Notes: a model not told the origin generated them from the sequence alone. A stretch of 43,728 nucleotides of DNA from an uncultured Methanosarcinales archaeon (GCA_964599955.1 CAZRHO010000001.1:296-44023), one strand, 5' to 3'; shown: positions 15,520 through 23,118, counted from the first letter of the stretch. Numbers and translations: made by a program.

Positions 15520-15981
15520 ATGGCGAAGAAAAAATCAAAAAGTAAATGGTTAGCATTACTTTTACTTTTAGGTGCTGGTGCTTTATTATTAATGAAAAAG
15601 AAACCAACTACAACTACACCCCCTGTTCTTTCAGGATGTCCACCTCAAACTTGTAGTGGTTCTTCAACTATTGTTATTCCAAAAACAATATCATTAAACG
15701 AAAAATTTGTTCCTACTGCGGTTATAAAAAATTTATGTTTGTTTCCAGTGAAAATGCAATTTAGTATTTTTAATATGGGGTTTGATAAAGTTTTTACTCC
15801 TGAACAAGAAATAGAAGTTGATTTTTTAGCTGGAGAAACTAAAACAATATCTTTCAAAGAAGTTACAAGAGTGTTAAAAACAGATGGAAAGATGGGATTT
15901 ATAGGAAGACAAGAATGTGATACAGACCCATCAGGATGGAAACATCTATTTCAAGATTGGACTGAAATAAAGGCAATATAA
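15520..15981 (+). CDS. signal-anchored secreted/envelope protein with T/P linker
   Basis: MAKKKSKSKWLALLLLLGAGALLL-KKKPTTTTPP, then a beta-rich domain. The N-terminus is paralogous to 15042..15518. Confidence 0.65.
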   Translation: MAKKKSKSKWLALLLLLGAGALLLMKKKPTTTTPPVLSGCPPQTCSGSSTIVIPKTISLNEKFVPTAVIKNLCLFPVKMQFSIFNMGFDKVFTPEQEIEVDFLAGETKTISFKEVTRVLKTDGKMGFIGRQECDTDPSGWKHLFQDWTEIKAI

Positions 15982-15999
15982 GTGAGGTTAATAAATAAA

Positions 16000-16182
16000 A
16001 TGGTAAGAAAAAGAAAAAAATGTAGTTGGGAAGTTGAAGGTGTAGGTTATTCTGTAACTGAATTAAAAATGGCTGGGGCAGGATTTGTCAAAGAAAAAGA
16101 GGTTTTTGGTTTTCAAATATCTCCTGATAAAGACCCTGCTGGAAATCCGTCTTATACTTTAAGTGTTAAGGTATGTAAATAA
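16000..16182 (+). CDS. hypothetical protein
   Basis: Internal ATG of track ORF 15982..16182 (which starts at a GTG). Confidence 0.5.
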   Translation: MVRKRKKCSWEVEGVGYSVTELKMAGAGFVKEKEVFGFQISPDKDPAGNPSYTLSVKVCK

Positions 16183-16183
16183 A

Positions 16184-16372
16184 ATGGCGAAGAAAAAGAG
16201 ATGTATATTGATAGCAGAAGACAAATATGATGAAGAATTGATTAATCCAGCTGTTTATGAATCAGGTGCAACAAGTGAAATAATTGGAGATTGTGAATCA
16301 GCTAAAAAGTTTGTTAAAGGTATTCAAAAATATAGAAAACAATACAAATATAGAATTTACGAGTTGAAATAA
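16184..16372 (+). CDS. hypothetical protein
   Basis: Internal ATG of track ORF 16163..16372, at a TAAAATGGC junction. Confidence 0.5.
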   Translation: MAKKKRCILIAEDKYDEELINPAVYESGATSEIIGDCESAKKFVKGIQKYRKQYKYRIYELK

Positions 16373-16373
16373 A

Positions 16374-16610
16374 ATGGCGAAGAAAAAAGATATAAATTAT
16401 GTAAGTGTTGGAACTGGTTTGGCTTCACTTGGTTTTTATGGAATGGCTCTATTAGGAGAATCTACAAAGGCACAAAATAGATTATGGTGGAGTTCAGGAT
16501 TAGGATTGGCTTCTTATGTGTCATCATTCTTTGAAATTACAGCAACTCCAAAGACAAGGGCAAGAGCAAAAGCACAATTTAAGAAGTTCAAAAGAAACGG
16601 AAATAAATGA
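16374..16610 (+). CDS. small membrane protein
   Basis: Track ORF. MAKKKD... with two hydrophobic segments. Confidence 0.55.
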   Translation: MAKKKDINYVSVGTGLASLGFYGMALLGESTKAQNRLWWSSGLGLASYVSSFFEITATPKTRARAKAQFKKFKRNGNK

Positions 16611-16624
16611 TGTAGGTCTATAAT

Positions 16625-16864
16625 ATGGCTGTAATTGACGAAATATTTAGACAAGAAATTAGAAATCATTGTGATTGTCCTGAAAAGTTCCAACTAATTG
16701 ATGCTTTAGGTTCAGGATTAGGTGCTTTTTTCTTTATTAAGAATTGGAAAGAACTTAAAGATAGAAAGTTTAATGGTTGGAACGCTATGGGTTTAGGTCT
16801 TGGAGCAATTATGATGTATATCCATACTGGAAGATTTTTTTATGCTAAAAAGGTTAAAAGATAA
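16625..16864 (+). CDS. small membrane protein
   Basis: Track ORF with two hydrophobic segments. Confidence 0.55.
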   Translation: MAVIDEIFRQEIRNHCDCPEKFQLIDALGSGLGAFFFIKNWKELKDRKFNGWNAMGLGLGAIMMYIHTGRFFYAKKVKR

Positions 16865-17100
16865 TGTTCTTGTTTAATACAGGGGCAAAACACGGATTTC
16901 CTAGCTATCACGTTCTTTTTTCAGGTTTGGGTACATACACCCTAACAAAGAATAAAGTTCCAACAAACGCAATTATGGAGATTATGGGGGTACAACGTAT
17001 TCTAACAAAAAACCATTCTTTAATAGATGTAGCTTTAACTATCGGAATATTAAACTTGTTCCTTCCAAGTAATTCTTCAAAGAAACGAATTGTTTCATAA
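16864..17100 (+). CDS. possible small membrane protein
   Basis: TAATG overlap with the upstream gene fits the local pattern. However, it overlaps the convergent gene 17039..17350 by 62 nt. Confidence 0.3.
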   Translation: MFLFNTGAKHGFPSYHVLFSGLGTYTLTKNKVPTNAIMEIMGVQRILTKNHSLIDVALTIGILNLFLPSNSSKKRIVS

Positions 17101-17350
17101 GCCAAACTTTTGCTCTTGGTTGAATAAATATCAAATAAACTTCTTCGTTATATTTTCTTCCATCTTCAATTATTTTTTCAATATCGGGTTTATCATCAAC
17201 CATAGTAGAAAAAACTTTCAACATTCTTTTATTTTCAACAATCCACGTTTTAGTTAGGTCATAATCAAGAAGTCCAATGTTATTGTTGATTAACATAACC
17301 AAAGCCTTTGGGTCTATGTTAGCAACATATTTCATTAACTGATTTAACAT
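17039..17350 (-). CDS. hypothetical protein
   Basis: Track ORF. It starts 1 nt after the stop of the upstream minus-strand gene. Confidence 0.55.
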   Translation of the reverse strand: MLNQLMKYVANIDPKALVMLINNNIGLLDYDLTKTWIVENKRMLKVFSTMVDDKPDIEKIIEDGRKYNEEVYLIFIQPRAKVWLMKQFVSLKNYLEGTSLIFR

Positions 17351-17351
17351 C

Positions 17352-18926
17352 TTACATTTTGTAGGAGTCCATTTCTTCTTTATCAGAATAAAAATCCTGT
17401 TCGTTAGGGTAAGGTATATCTCCTATGGGGGTAGGCATACCTTGAGGAGGTCCTTGTGGTGGTTGATTAGGCATAATGTGTTCGTGTTGTTGTTGCATAT
17501 CAATAGGTGGAATAAATCCTGGTGGAGGTCCTTCTTTAGTTTCTGCGTGTTGATGTTGTTCGTGTTTCATTCTTTCCAATTCCATTTTCATAAGGTCCTC
17601 TTGACTTACTGATGGGGATGGAGGTTTTGGTTGACTCCATTGTTGACTTTTTGCTTCTATCATTGGCTGTAATACGGGGGCAAGATTTTCTGCTACTGCT
17701 CCAACAGTTTTAATCACTTTATCCCAACCACCTTCTTTCTTCTCATTCATTAGGTTATCCATATCTAATTTGTCAAGTAATCTTTCTTCAAACCTATGTC
17801 TAAACTTTTCAGAGAAACCACCTAATTGTTGTTGTGTCATTCCTTGAATAATGTCATTCATTTTTTCTTGGAAGGTAACTTGTTCTAATCTTAAATTATC
17901 AATTTCACGTTTCTTAATTTCTTGTTCTAATGCTCTAATTCTTTCGTCAGAACCAGTCCTAATCTTTTCAGTTACAGCAAGATAATCTTGGAAACCATCT
18001 TTTTTCTCTGATTGTTGTTTTGACAAGTTCTCAATAACTGTTTTAAATTGTTCGTCTTTCATTTGTTGAACTAATTGTTGATTCTGTAAAGCCATTTGTT
18101 GCATTTGCTGTTGTAAGATTGCGATTTGAGGGTCAGGTTTATTTCCACCTGTCATATTCTGAAACATCTGCATTTGCATTTGCATAGCCATCTCTTTAGG
18201 CATACCAGAGAACATACTTCCCCCTTCTCCTTCTCCTAAACCTTTTGAAAGCATTTTAAGAGTATATTGTTGTTTCATTAAATCTACAATTTCTTTCATA
18301 TCAAAATTACCACTTGATTTACCATTTGGTTGATTTCCCCCCATCATATCCATTATTCTCTTGGACATTTGAGCATCCATCATCTTTTCCATTACCTTAT
18401 TCGGATTTGTATTGCTATCATTATTCATTTTGCCTACCCCATTCTGTATTCCTGATTTATACGCCTTTTCGTATATTGATTGTTGAACCAATGTTTTAAT
18501 ATCGGGAGCAACACCTGAATTAATTAACATCTGCATTAAAGCTAAAGTATCAGCTGGGAAAGGAACACTCCTACTTGAAAAGATTTTCTTTTCTCCCTTA
18601 TCATTTGTAAGGGTTGCTTCTTCTTTTGGCCTTCCTCGTTTACCTTTCTTCCCTTTTGCCTTTTTCATAGCTTTTGCTTCAACTGGATGACGATTAATTA
18701 AATGTAAATTCATTCCACCAGGAGTTTTAGCAAAAAAATCACAAAACTCGCAAGGATGTCCTTCAAAGTTTTTAGGAGTTCTTTCAATTTCCTTTTCTTC
18801 TTCTTTTTCTTTTTCTTCTTGTTGTTCTTCTTCTTGTAAAAATTTATCTAATTCAGTATTTGGATTTAATTCTGTAATGTTATCAATGTCTGTAAATTCA
18901 GTTCCTCTCGGTATTAATTCTTCCAT
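17352..18926 (-). CDS. C2H2 zinc-finger / AT-hook protein with Q,M-rich low-complexity, coiled-coil and P,Q-rich regions
   Basis: CEFCDFFAKTPGGMNLHLINRH matches C-x2-C-x12-H-x4-H. GKRGRPKEE is an AT-hook core. Also contains MQMQMQMF and QQQMQQMALQNQQLVQQM, and a PPQGPPQGMP tail. Start taken at Met6 of track ORF 17352..18941 (TAA-A-ATG junction). Confidence 0.7.
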   Translation of the reverse strand: MEELIPRGTEFTDIDNITELNPNTELDKFLQEEEQQEEKEKEEEKEIERTPKNFEGHPCEFCDFFAKTPGGMNLHLINRHPVEAKAMKKAKGKKGKRGRPKEEATLTNDKGEKKIFSSRSVPFPADTLALMQMLINSGVAPDIKTLVQQSIYEKAYKSGIQNGVGKMNNDSNTNPNKVMEKMMDAQMSKRIMDMMGGNQPNGKSSGNFDMKEIVDLMKQQYTLKMLSKGLGEGEGGSMFSGMPKEMAMQMQMQMFQNMTGGNKPDPQIAILQQQMQQMALQNQQLVQQMKDEQFKTVIENLSKQQSEKKDGFQDYLAVTEKIRTGSDERIRALEQEIKKREIDNLRLEQVTFQEKMNDIIQGMTQQQLGGFSEKFRHRFEERLLDKLDMDNLMNEKKEGGWDKVIKTVGAVAENLAPVLQPMIEAKSQQWSQPKPPSPSVSQEDLMKMELERMKHEQHQHAETKEGPPPGFIPPIDMQQQHEHIMPNQPPQGPPQGMPTPIGDIPYPNEQDFYSDKEEMDSYKM

Positions 18927-18927
18927 T

Positions 18928-19212
18928 TTATATTCCCTCAATAATTTTATTTGTTAAAAACAAAAATTTATGGTTGTCGTCAATCATCATAACGGCTGGA
19001 ACGAATCCTTCTGAAGTTATTGCGTTAAATTTCCACGAACTAATATTAATCAATTTCCCATATTTAACTATAATTGCGTACGTAACCTTTCCCACATCAC
19101 ACACAACATCAAAAGGGTCGCCACTCTTTGCAAAGAAAGGAGTATAACCTAAACTTTCAAAATATTTTATTGCTATTTCCCTTCCCATAGCACCTTTTGT
19201 TTTAGATGTCAT
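18928..19212 (-). CDS. Hjc-like PD-(D/E)xK nuclease (archaeal Holliday-junction-resolvase fold)
   Basis: KGAMGREIAIKYFESLGY...SGDPFDVVCD...AIIVKYG parallels the Hjc pattern KGxxxERElxxxLxxxGF...SG..VDlvA...EVK. Ile replaces the Glu of the ExK motif. Confidence 0.5.
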   Translation of the reverse strand: MTSKTKGAMGREIAIKYFESLGYTPFFAKSGDPFDVVCDVGKVTYAIIVKYGKLINISSWKFNAITSEGFVPAVMMIDDNHKFLFLTNKIIEGI

Positions 19213-19324
19213 CTTTATTATTGAAATGAAATGACATTTAATACTTATAAATCTTTCGGATAAGTTTATATGTCCTCTCCAGTACTAACAAAACATTTAT
19301 ATACTTTTTCAACATCCTTAATTT

Positions 19325-19458
19325 AAACATCTATCACCTCTTTTTCCCGAAGGAAGCAATATTTACTTCTTTCGGGTTTCATACTTATTTCATCTGTCAC
19401 TTTGTTGGTGACCATTTTTGTCCCCAAAGGAGATTAGCTCACTCCTTTGGGTTTTTTA
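19325..19458 (+). ncRNA. candidate small structured RNA in the divergent intergenic region
   Basis: TATA-like TTTATATA lies at 19296-19303. Hairpins at 19346-19376 (11 bp, one G-T) and 19423-19451 (10 bp, perfect), followed by T6 at 19452-19457. There is no ORF. Confidence 0.25.
19423..19457 (+). terminator. hairpin plus T6 (intrinsic-terminator-like)
   Basis: CCCAAAGGAG-attagctca-CTCCTTTGGG followed by TTTTTT. Confidence 0.45.
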
Positions 19459-19460
19459 TT

Positions 19461-19504
19461 AACCAAAACATTTATATATTAAAAAATCACTAATTTTTCT
19501 ACGG
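19461..19504 (+). promoter_or_regulatory. conserved TATA-box leaderless promoter (copy 2)
   Basis: AACCAAAACATTTATATATTAAAAAATCACTAATTTTTCTACGG, then ATG 19505. The TATA box ends 26 nt before the ATG. Confidence 0.6.
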
Positions 19505-20956
19505 ATGGCTAAAAAGAAAAACAATAAAGCACTTGGAATGATAGGTTTAGCACTTTTAGGTGGTTCGTTAGCGTTCTATTTGACAAAAAAGGATAAAGAA
19601 ACAAATGGAGAAAAATCAGTTGAGTGTATTTCTTCCGTAGCTGGAATGATAGTTTCCTTTGAAGTTAAAGATGAAAATTATTCTAATCCGATTTATGAAG
19701 TAGATTTTGGAGATGGTCAAAAAGATAATGTAAAGGTTGGAAGCCATACTTATGCAAAGGCTGGAGATTATAATTTTGCTGTATCAGTAACAGAAGGGGG
19801 AGATGTAACAACCACAAAAACGTGTGTAAAATTATTAACAATAACTGGAAAAGGACAACCAGGAGTTATCAAATTCAATATTGGGGCAATAGATGAAGCT
19901 GGAAAAATGTTACCAGCAAAAATAACATTACAAAGAACTTCCCCTAATCCTAAAACACTTAAAACAACTACAAACGGAGAATTAAAGTTTGATGATACAG
20001 GAGCATTAAACAAACAAGCTTATAAATCAGTAATTGAAGTTCCAACTGGTTATTCCTTACAAGAATGTTTATCAGCAGATGGTTTCTGTTTTGGAGCAGA
20101 ATGGAGTGGAGAAGTTCTTCCAGGAAATAATGTTATTGTCACATATAAGTTCGCAAAAGGTAGTGGAAATAAAAAATTATATATGGCTTACGTTACCACA
20201 GATGAGAACGATAAAGCTATTGTAGCAGATTACATAAATATTCATCAAGGAAGTTCTTGTGGGGGAGATGTTGTTTGTTCAGTTAAAAATGCTGTAAATA
20301 TTAATTGTAATACCCCAGCTGGAAAATATACAGTTTGTGCTTCAAAGAAAGGATATAAGCCAGACCCATACGTTTTAACAATCAATCATAATAAACCATT
20401 TGATAATGTTATTTCAATACCTTTAACTTCCCCTAAAACTGAAAGAATATTAATTTTGTATTGTAACACTAATTCAAATCTTGTTCCACCTTGTACAACA
20501 AGTAATTCAACTTTATTAGCTTGTCAACAAAGTTGTTTCCCAGCAAAAGGATGTAATGATTATCAGATTGCTCAATATATCAAAACAGAAATAAACAAAA
20601 TAGGAATTAAAAGCGATGTTTCGTTTTATGATACTTATAACGATTTATGGAATACAATGCCTGGTGGGAAATACCTTGACTTTTATGATGAGGTAATAGT
20701 TGTAGGCGCACACGGAGCGTGGGAAGCTTGTAATAAAGGCAATACAAATTTATACAAGGATTTAGGATTTGTTCCTATTAGTGCTTTTGTAAAAACAAAT
20801 TGGTGTCAAGTAAAAAAGAAAAACAATAAAAATTTTACATTAGTCGCTGGATGGACAGCCGAAGATACTTTTGATATGGCTAAATCTCTTGTGTTTGCTA
20901 CTAAAGCAAAAAAAACATTGAAAACAGTTATGTGTGGATTGGGAGGATTCTTTTAA
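19505..20956 (+). CDS. signal-anchored surface protein with PKD domain and S-layer-type C-terminal domain
   Basis: MAKKKNNKALGMIGLALLGG... The PKD signature is YEVDFGDGQKDNVKVGSHTYAKAGDYNFAVSV. The C-terminus has VIVVGAHGAWEAC...FTLVAGWTAEDTFDMAKSL. Confidence 0.75.
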   Translation: MAKKKNNKALGMIGLALLGGSLAFYLTKKDKETNGEKSVECISSVAGMIVSFEVKDENYSNPIYEVDFGDGQKDNVKVGSHTYAKAGDYNFAVSVTEGGDVTTTKTCVKLLTITGKGQPGVIKFNIGAIDEAGKMLPAKITLQRTSPNPKTLKTTTNGELKFDDTGALNKQAYKSVIEVPTGYSLQECLSADGFCFGAEWSGEVLPGNNVIVTYKFAKGSGNKKLYMAYVTTDENDKAIVADYINIHQGSSCGGDVVCSVKNAVNINCNTPAGKYTVCASKKGYKPDPYVLTINHNKPFDNVISIPLTSPKTERILILYCNTNSNLVPPCTTSNSTLLACQQSCFPAKGCNDYQIAQYIKTEINKIGIKSDVSFYDTYNDLWNTMPGGKYLDFYDEVIVVGAHGAWEACNKGNTNLYKDLGFVPISAFVKTNWCQVKKKNNKNFTLVAGWTAEDTFDMAKSLVFATKAKKTLKTVMCGLGGFF

Positions 20957-20957
20957 A

Positions 20958-22076
20958 ATGGCAATAATAATTACTTATAGTGGGGTTTCAGACCCTAAAA
21001 CAGGATTAGAATGGGATAAACCATCAGTAGAAACATTAAGGTTGAAATACCCAACTGCAAATGTATATAGTGGGAAAAATTCATCAGCAATAAATATTAA
21101 TGCTAATTTATCAGAAGTTAATTCTTTTGTAAATAGTTTTCCAGTAGGTTCAACAATTTTCTGTGTTGGTGGAGAAGATGTAAATGGTATTGCTAAAAAT
21201 CTAACAAAAGGAAAAGGTCTTGGATTATTTGATGCAACTCCTCAAGCTTTTGATGGTAGAGGATTTATTAAATCTGTATCATATAACGGAAGAACAATTA
21301 TGGTATTAACTGGTGGATGTTGTAAAACTCCAGTAGAAAAATCAAGAATCGGAACAATTAATTCAACTTATTTTATATTAAATAACAATATATCAATTAC
21401 TGGTGGAAAAAATGTTGCAGTTCCAGAGTTAGCAGATAGATTAGGATTATATTCAGTAGATTTTGGAAATGTTGGTTTATCAGAAGCATTACAAAAGTGT
21501 AAAGAAGGATTTGTGGAATTTGCTTTAACTCAAAATTTATTAGACCAAGGTCATAAACCAGAAGAATTTGAAGTTTTAACTTGTTACATTGAAGGAACAA
21601 AACTTTATGCGTTAGTTGTTGAGTTTGGAAGTCCAGCAATTCCAATGATTATATGGGGATTGATTATTGTGGGTTCTTCAATATTGACAACTGTTTCTGC
21701 TTACAAGGGATTTGATTGGTTGAAACAAAGAGAAATTTCAGGTGTGGAACAAGCAAGACAAGAAGCAATCAAAAAACCTTATGAGGCAATGGTTAAAAGT
21801 TGTGAACAAGACCCAAAACTATGTGGAACTCCACAAGACATTAAAGATATGATGGATAAAACAAGTATTCATCTTAAATCTCAAGAAAGTATTATTAAAT
21901 GGGAAGCTAAAAAGGCTGAAGATGATAAATCACTTAGCGACCAATTTATGGATATAGCAAAAGGAATGGCTTTAGTTGGTGGAGTAGGTATTGGTATTTA
22001 TTTCCTTTTCCAGTCAGGATTGTTTCAGGCTGGTGCAAGTTCAGTTAAAAGAAAGATTAATAAAGGTAAAAAATAG
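20958..22076 (+). CDS. membrane-anchored surface protein
   Basis: Internal ATG of track ORF 20934..22076, at a TAAAATGGC junction. The N-domain has IFCVGGEDVNGIAKNL...IMVLTGG. TM segments occur near aa 225-250 and at the C-terminus. Confidence 0.65.
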   Translation: MAIIITYSGVSDPKTGLEWDKPSVETLRLKYPTANVYSGKNSSAININANLSEVNSFVNSFPVGSTIFCVGGEDVNGIAKNLTKGKGLGLFDATPQAFDGRGFIKSVSYNGRTIMVLTGGCCKTPVEKSRIGTINSTYFILNNNISITGGKNVAVPELADRLGLYSVDFGNVGLSEALQKCKEGFVEFALTQNLLDQGHKPEEFEVLTCYIEGTKLYALVVEFGSPAIPMIIWGLIIVGSSILTTVSAYKGFDWLKQREISGVEQARQEAIKKPYEAMVKSCEQDPKLCGTPQDIKDMMDKTSIHLKSQESIIKWEAKKAEDDKSLSDQFMDIAKGMALVGGVGIGIYFLFQSGLFQAGASSVKRKINKGKK

Positions 22077-22084
22077 GAGAAATT

Positions 22085-22891
22085 ATGATGGTAAATAAAA
22101 GACGAACAATTGTTGCAGGGTTATTATTAGCAATAGCTGGAATTGGAGCTTATATTTTCACACAAAAAGGCAAAGACGAAGAAGTAGTTATTATTCCAAT
22201 GAAACATAACGAATGTGTAGGTGGAATTTGTAAAGAAGTTCCAGGTTTTGGTATTTCTACTTGTAATTTAAATTCAGAATGTAAACATACAAAATGCGTA
22301 TTAGGTATTTGTCAAGTAGTTAATTCTCCTGGAGTAGATGAATGTAAAAATATGAGTGAATGTGTCCATAACGAATGTTCAGGTGGGAAATGTGTATCTT
22401 ATATTGGGAAAGGGGAAGATGAGTGTGATAAAGATTCATTATGTTCTTATAAAAAATGTGATGGGATTTCTTGTAAAGATACTCCTGTTGATGTAATAGG
22501 TCAAAAAGACGAATGCGATTTTAATGCTGATTGTTTACCAGAAAATTTAAAATATATTACAGACGTTGCTATATTACCTAAAGTAAATGCTGATGTAGAT
22601 ATTTTTGTTACTATGCAAAATCCTTTATATGAGCAATCATCTTTCAGAATCCAAGTAATAAATGAAGCTGGACATATTATTCCTTTAGATAAACCAGATT
22701 TTCTGGGAATGAAATGGTTACCACCACTTGCACCAAAACAAAAAAAAGCATATTGGATGACATCTCAAAACACTCCATATTCAATGTTTGATTTAGGAGC
22801 ATTTTTCACAATTAGAATATCAAGGATGGTTAAAGGAGTTCAAACTATCGTGGAAACAAGTAAACCAATAAAAGGAAACATAATAATATGA
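22085..22891 (+). CDS. signal-anchored protein with four Cys-knot repeats and a beta-sandwich domain
   Basis: AGGAG lies upstream. Four units of C-x4-C-x10(13)-C-x5-C-x4 span aa 44-150. The C-terminal half is beta-rich. Confidence 0.7.
   Translation: MMVNKRRTIVAGLLLAIAGIGAYIFTQKGKDEEVVIIPMKHNECVGGICKEVPGFGISTCNLNSECKHTKCVLGICQVVNSPGVDECKNMSECVHNECSGGKCVSYIGKGEDECDKDSLCSYKKCDGISCKDTPVDVIGQKDECDFNADCLPENLKYITDVAILPKVNADVDIFVTMQNPLYEQSSFRIQVINEAGHIIPLDKPDFLGMKWLPPLAPKQKKAYWMTSQNTPYSMFDLGAFFTIRISRMVKGVQTIVETSKPIKGNIII
22214..22534 (+). repeat. four tandem 27-aa Cys-knot units (protein-level repeat)
   Basis: C-x4-C-x10-C-x5-C-x4 repeats regularly from Cys44 to Cys150 of the 22085 ORF. Confidence 0.75.
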
Positions 22892-23118
22892 AGAAAGCAA
22901 CATTATATACAATTCCAGGATGTCCAGGATGTGCTGATGCAAAAAAGGAAATAGCTAAAAGGAAAAAGGCTGGAACGTGTTGTTATGACTTCAAGATTGT
23001 TAATGCAAACAAACTCAAAAATCCTCCAAAGAATTTAAGTGAAGTTCCAGCAGTTAAAGTTGATGGAAAAATTAAAGACTTTTGGAAAGTAATAAATAAA
23101 TGTAAGGTAGGTAAATAA
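22888..23118 (+). CDS. thioredoxin/glutaredoxin-fold protein (CPGC active site)
   Basis: 76 aa. ATLYTIPGCPGCADAKKE places CxxC after beta1, and VPAVKVDGK is a cis-Pro-type motif. ATGA overlap with the Cys-repeat gene. Confidence 0.65.
   Translation: MKKATLYTIPGCPGCADAKKEIAKRKKAGTCCYDFKIVNANKLKNPPKNLSEVPAVKVDGKIKDFWKVINKCKVGK

Noticed and set aside
16908-17105. Minus-strand ORF 16908-17105, as an alternative to + ORF 16864-17100.
   Set aside because: It starts at a TTG and overlaps the end of 17039-17350 by 67 nt in another frame. The + ORF at least has the typical TAATG coupling. Neither is strongly supported, so the + ORF is reported with low confidence only.
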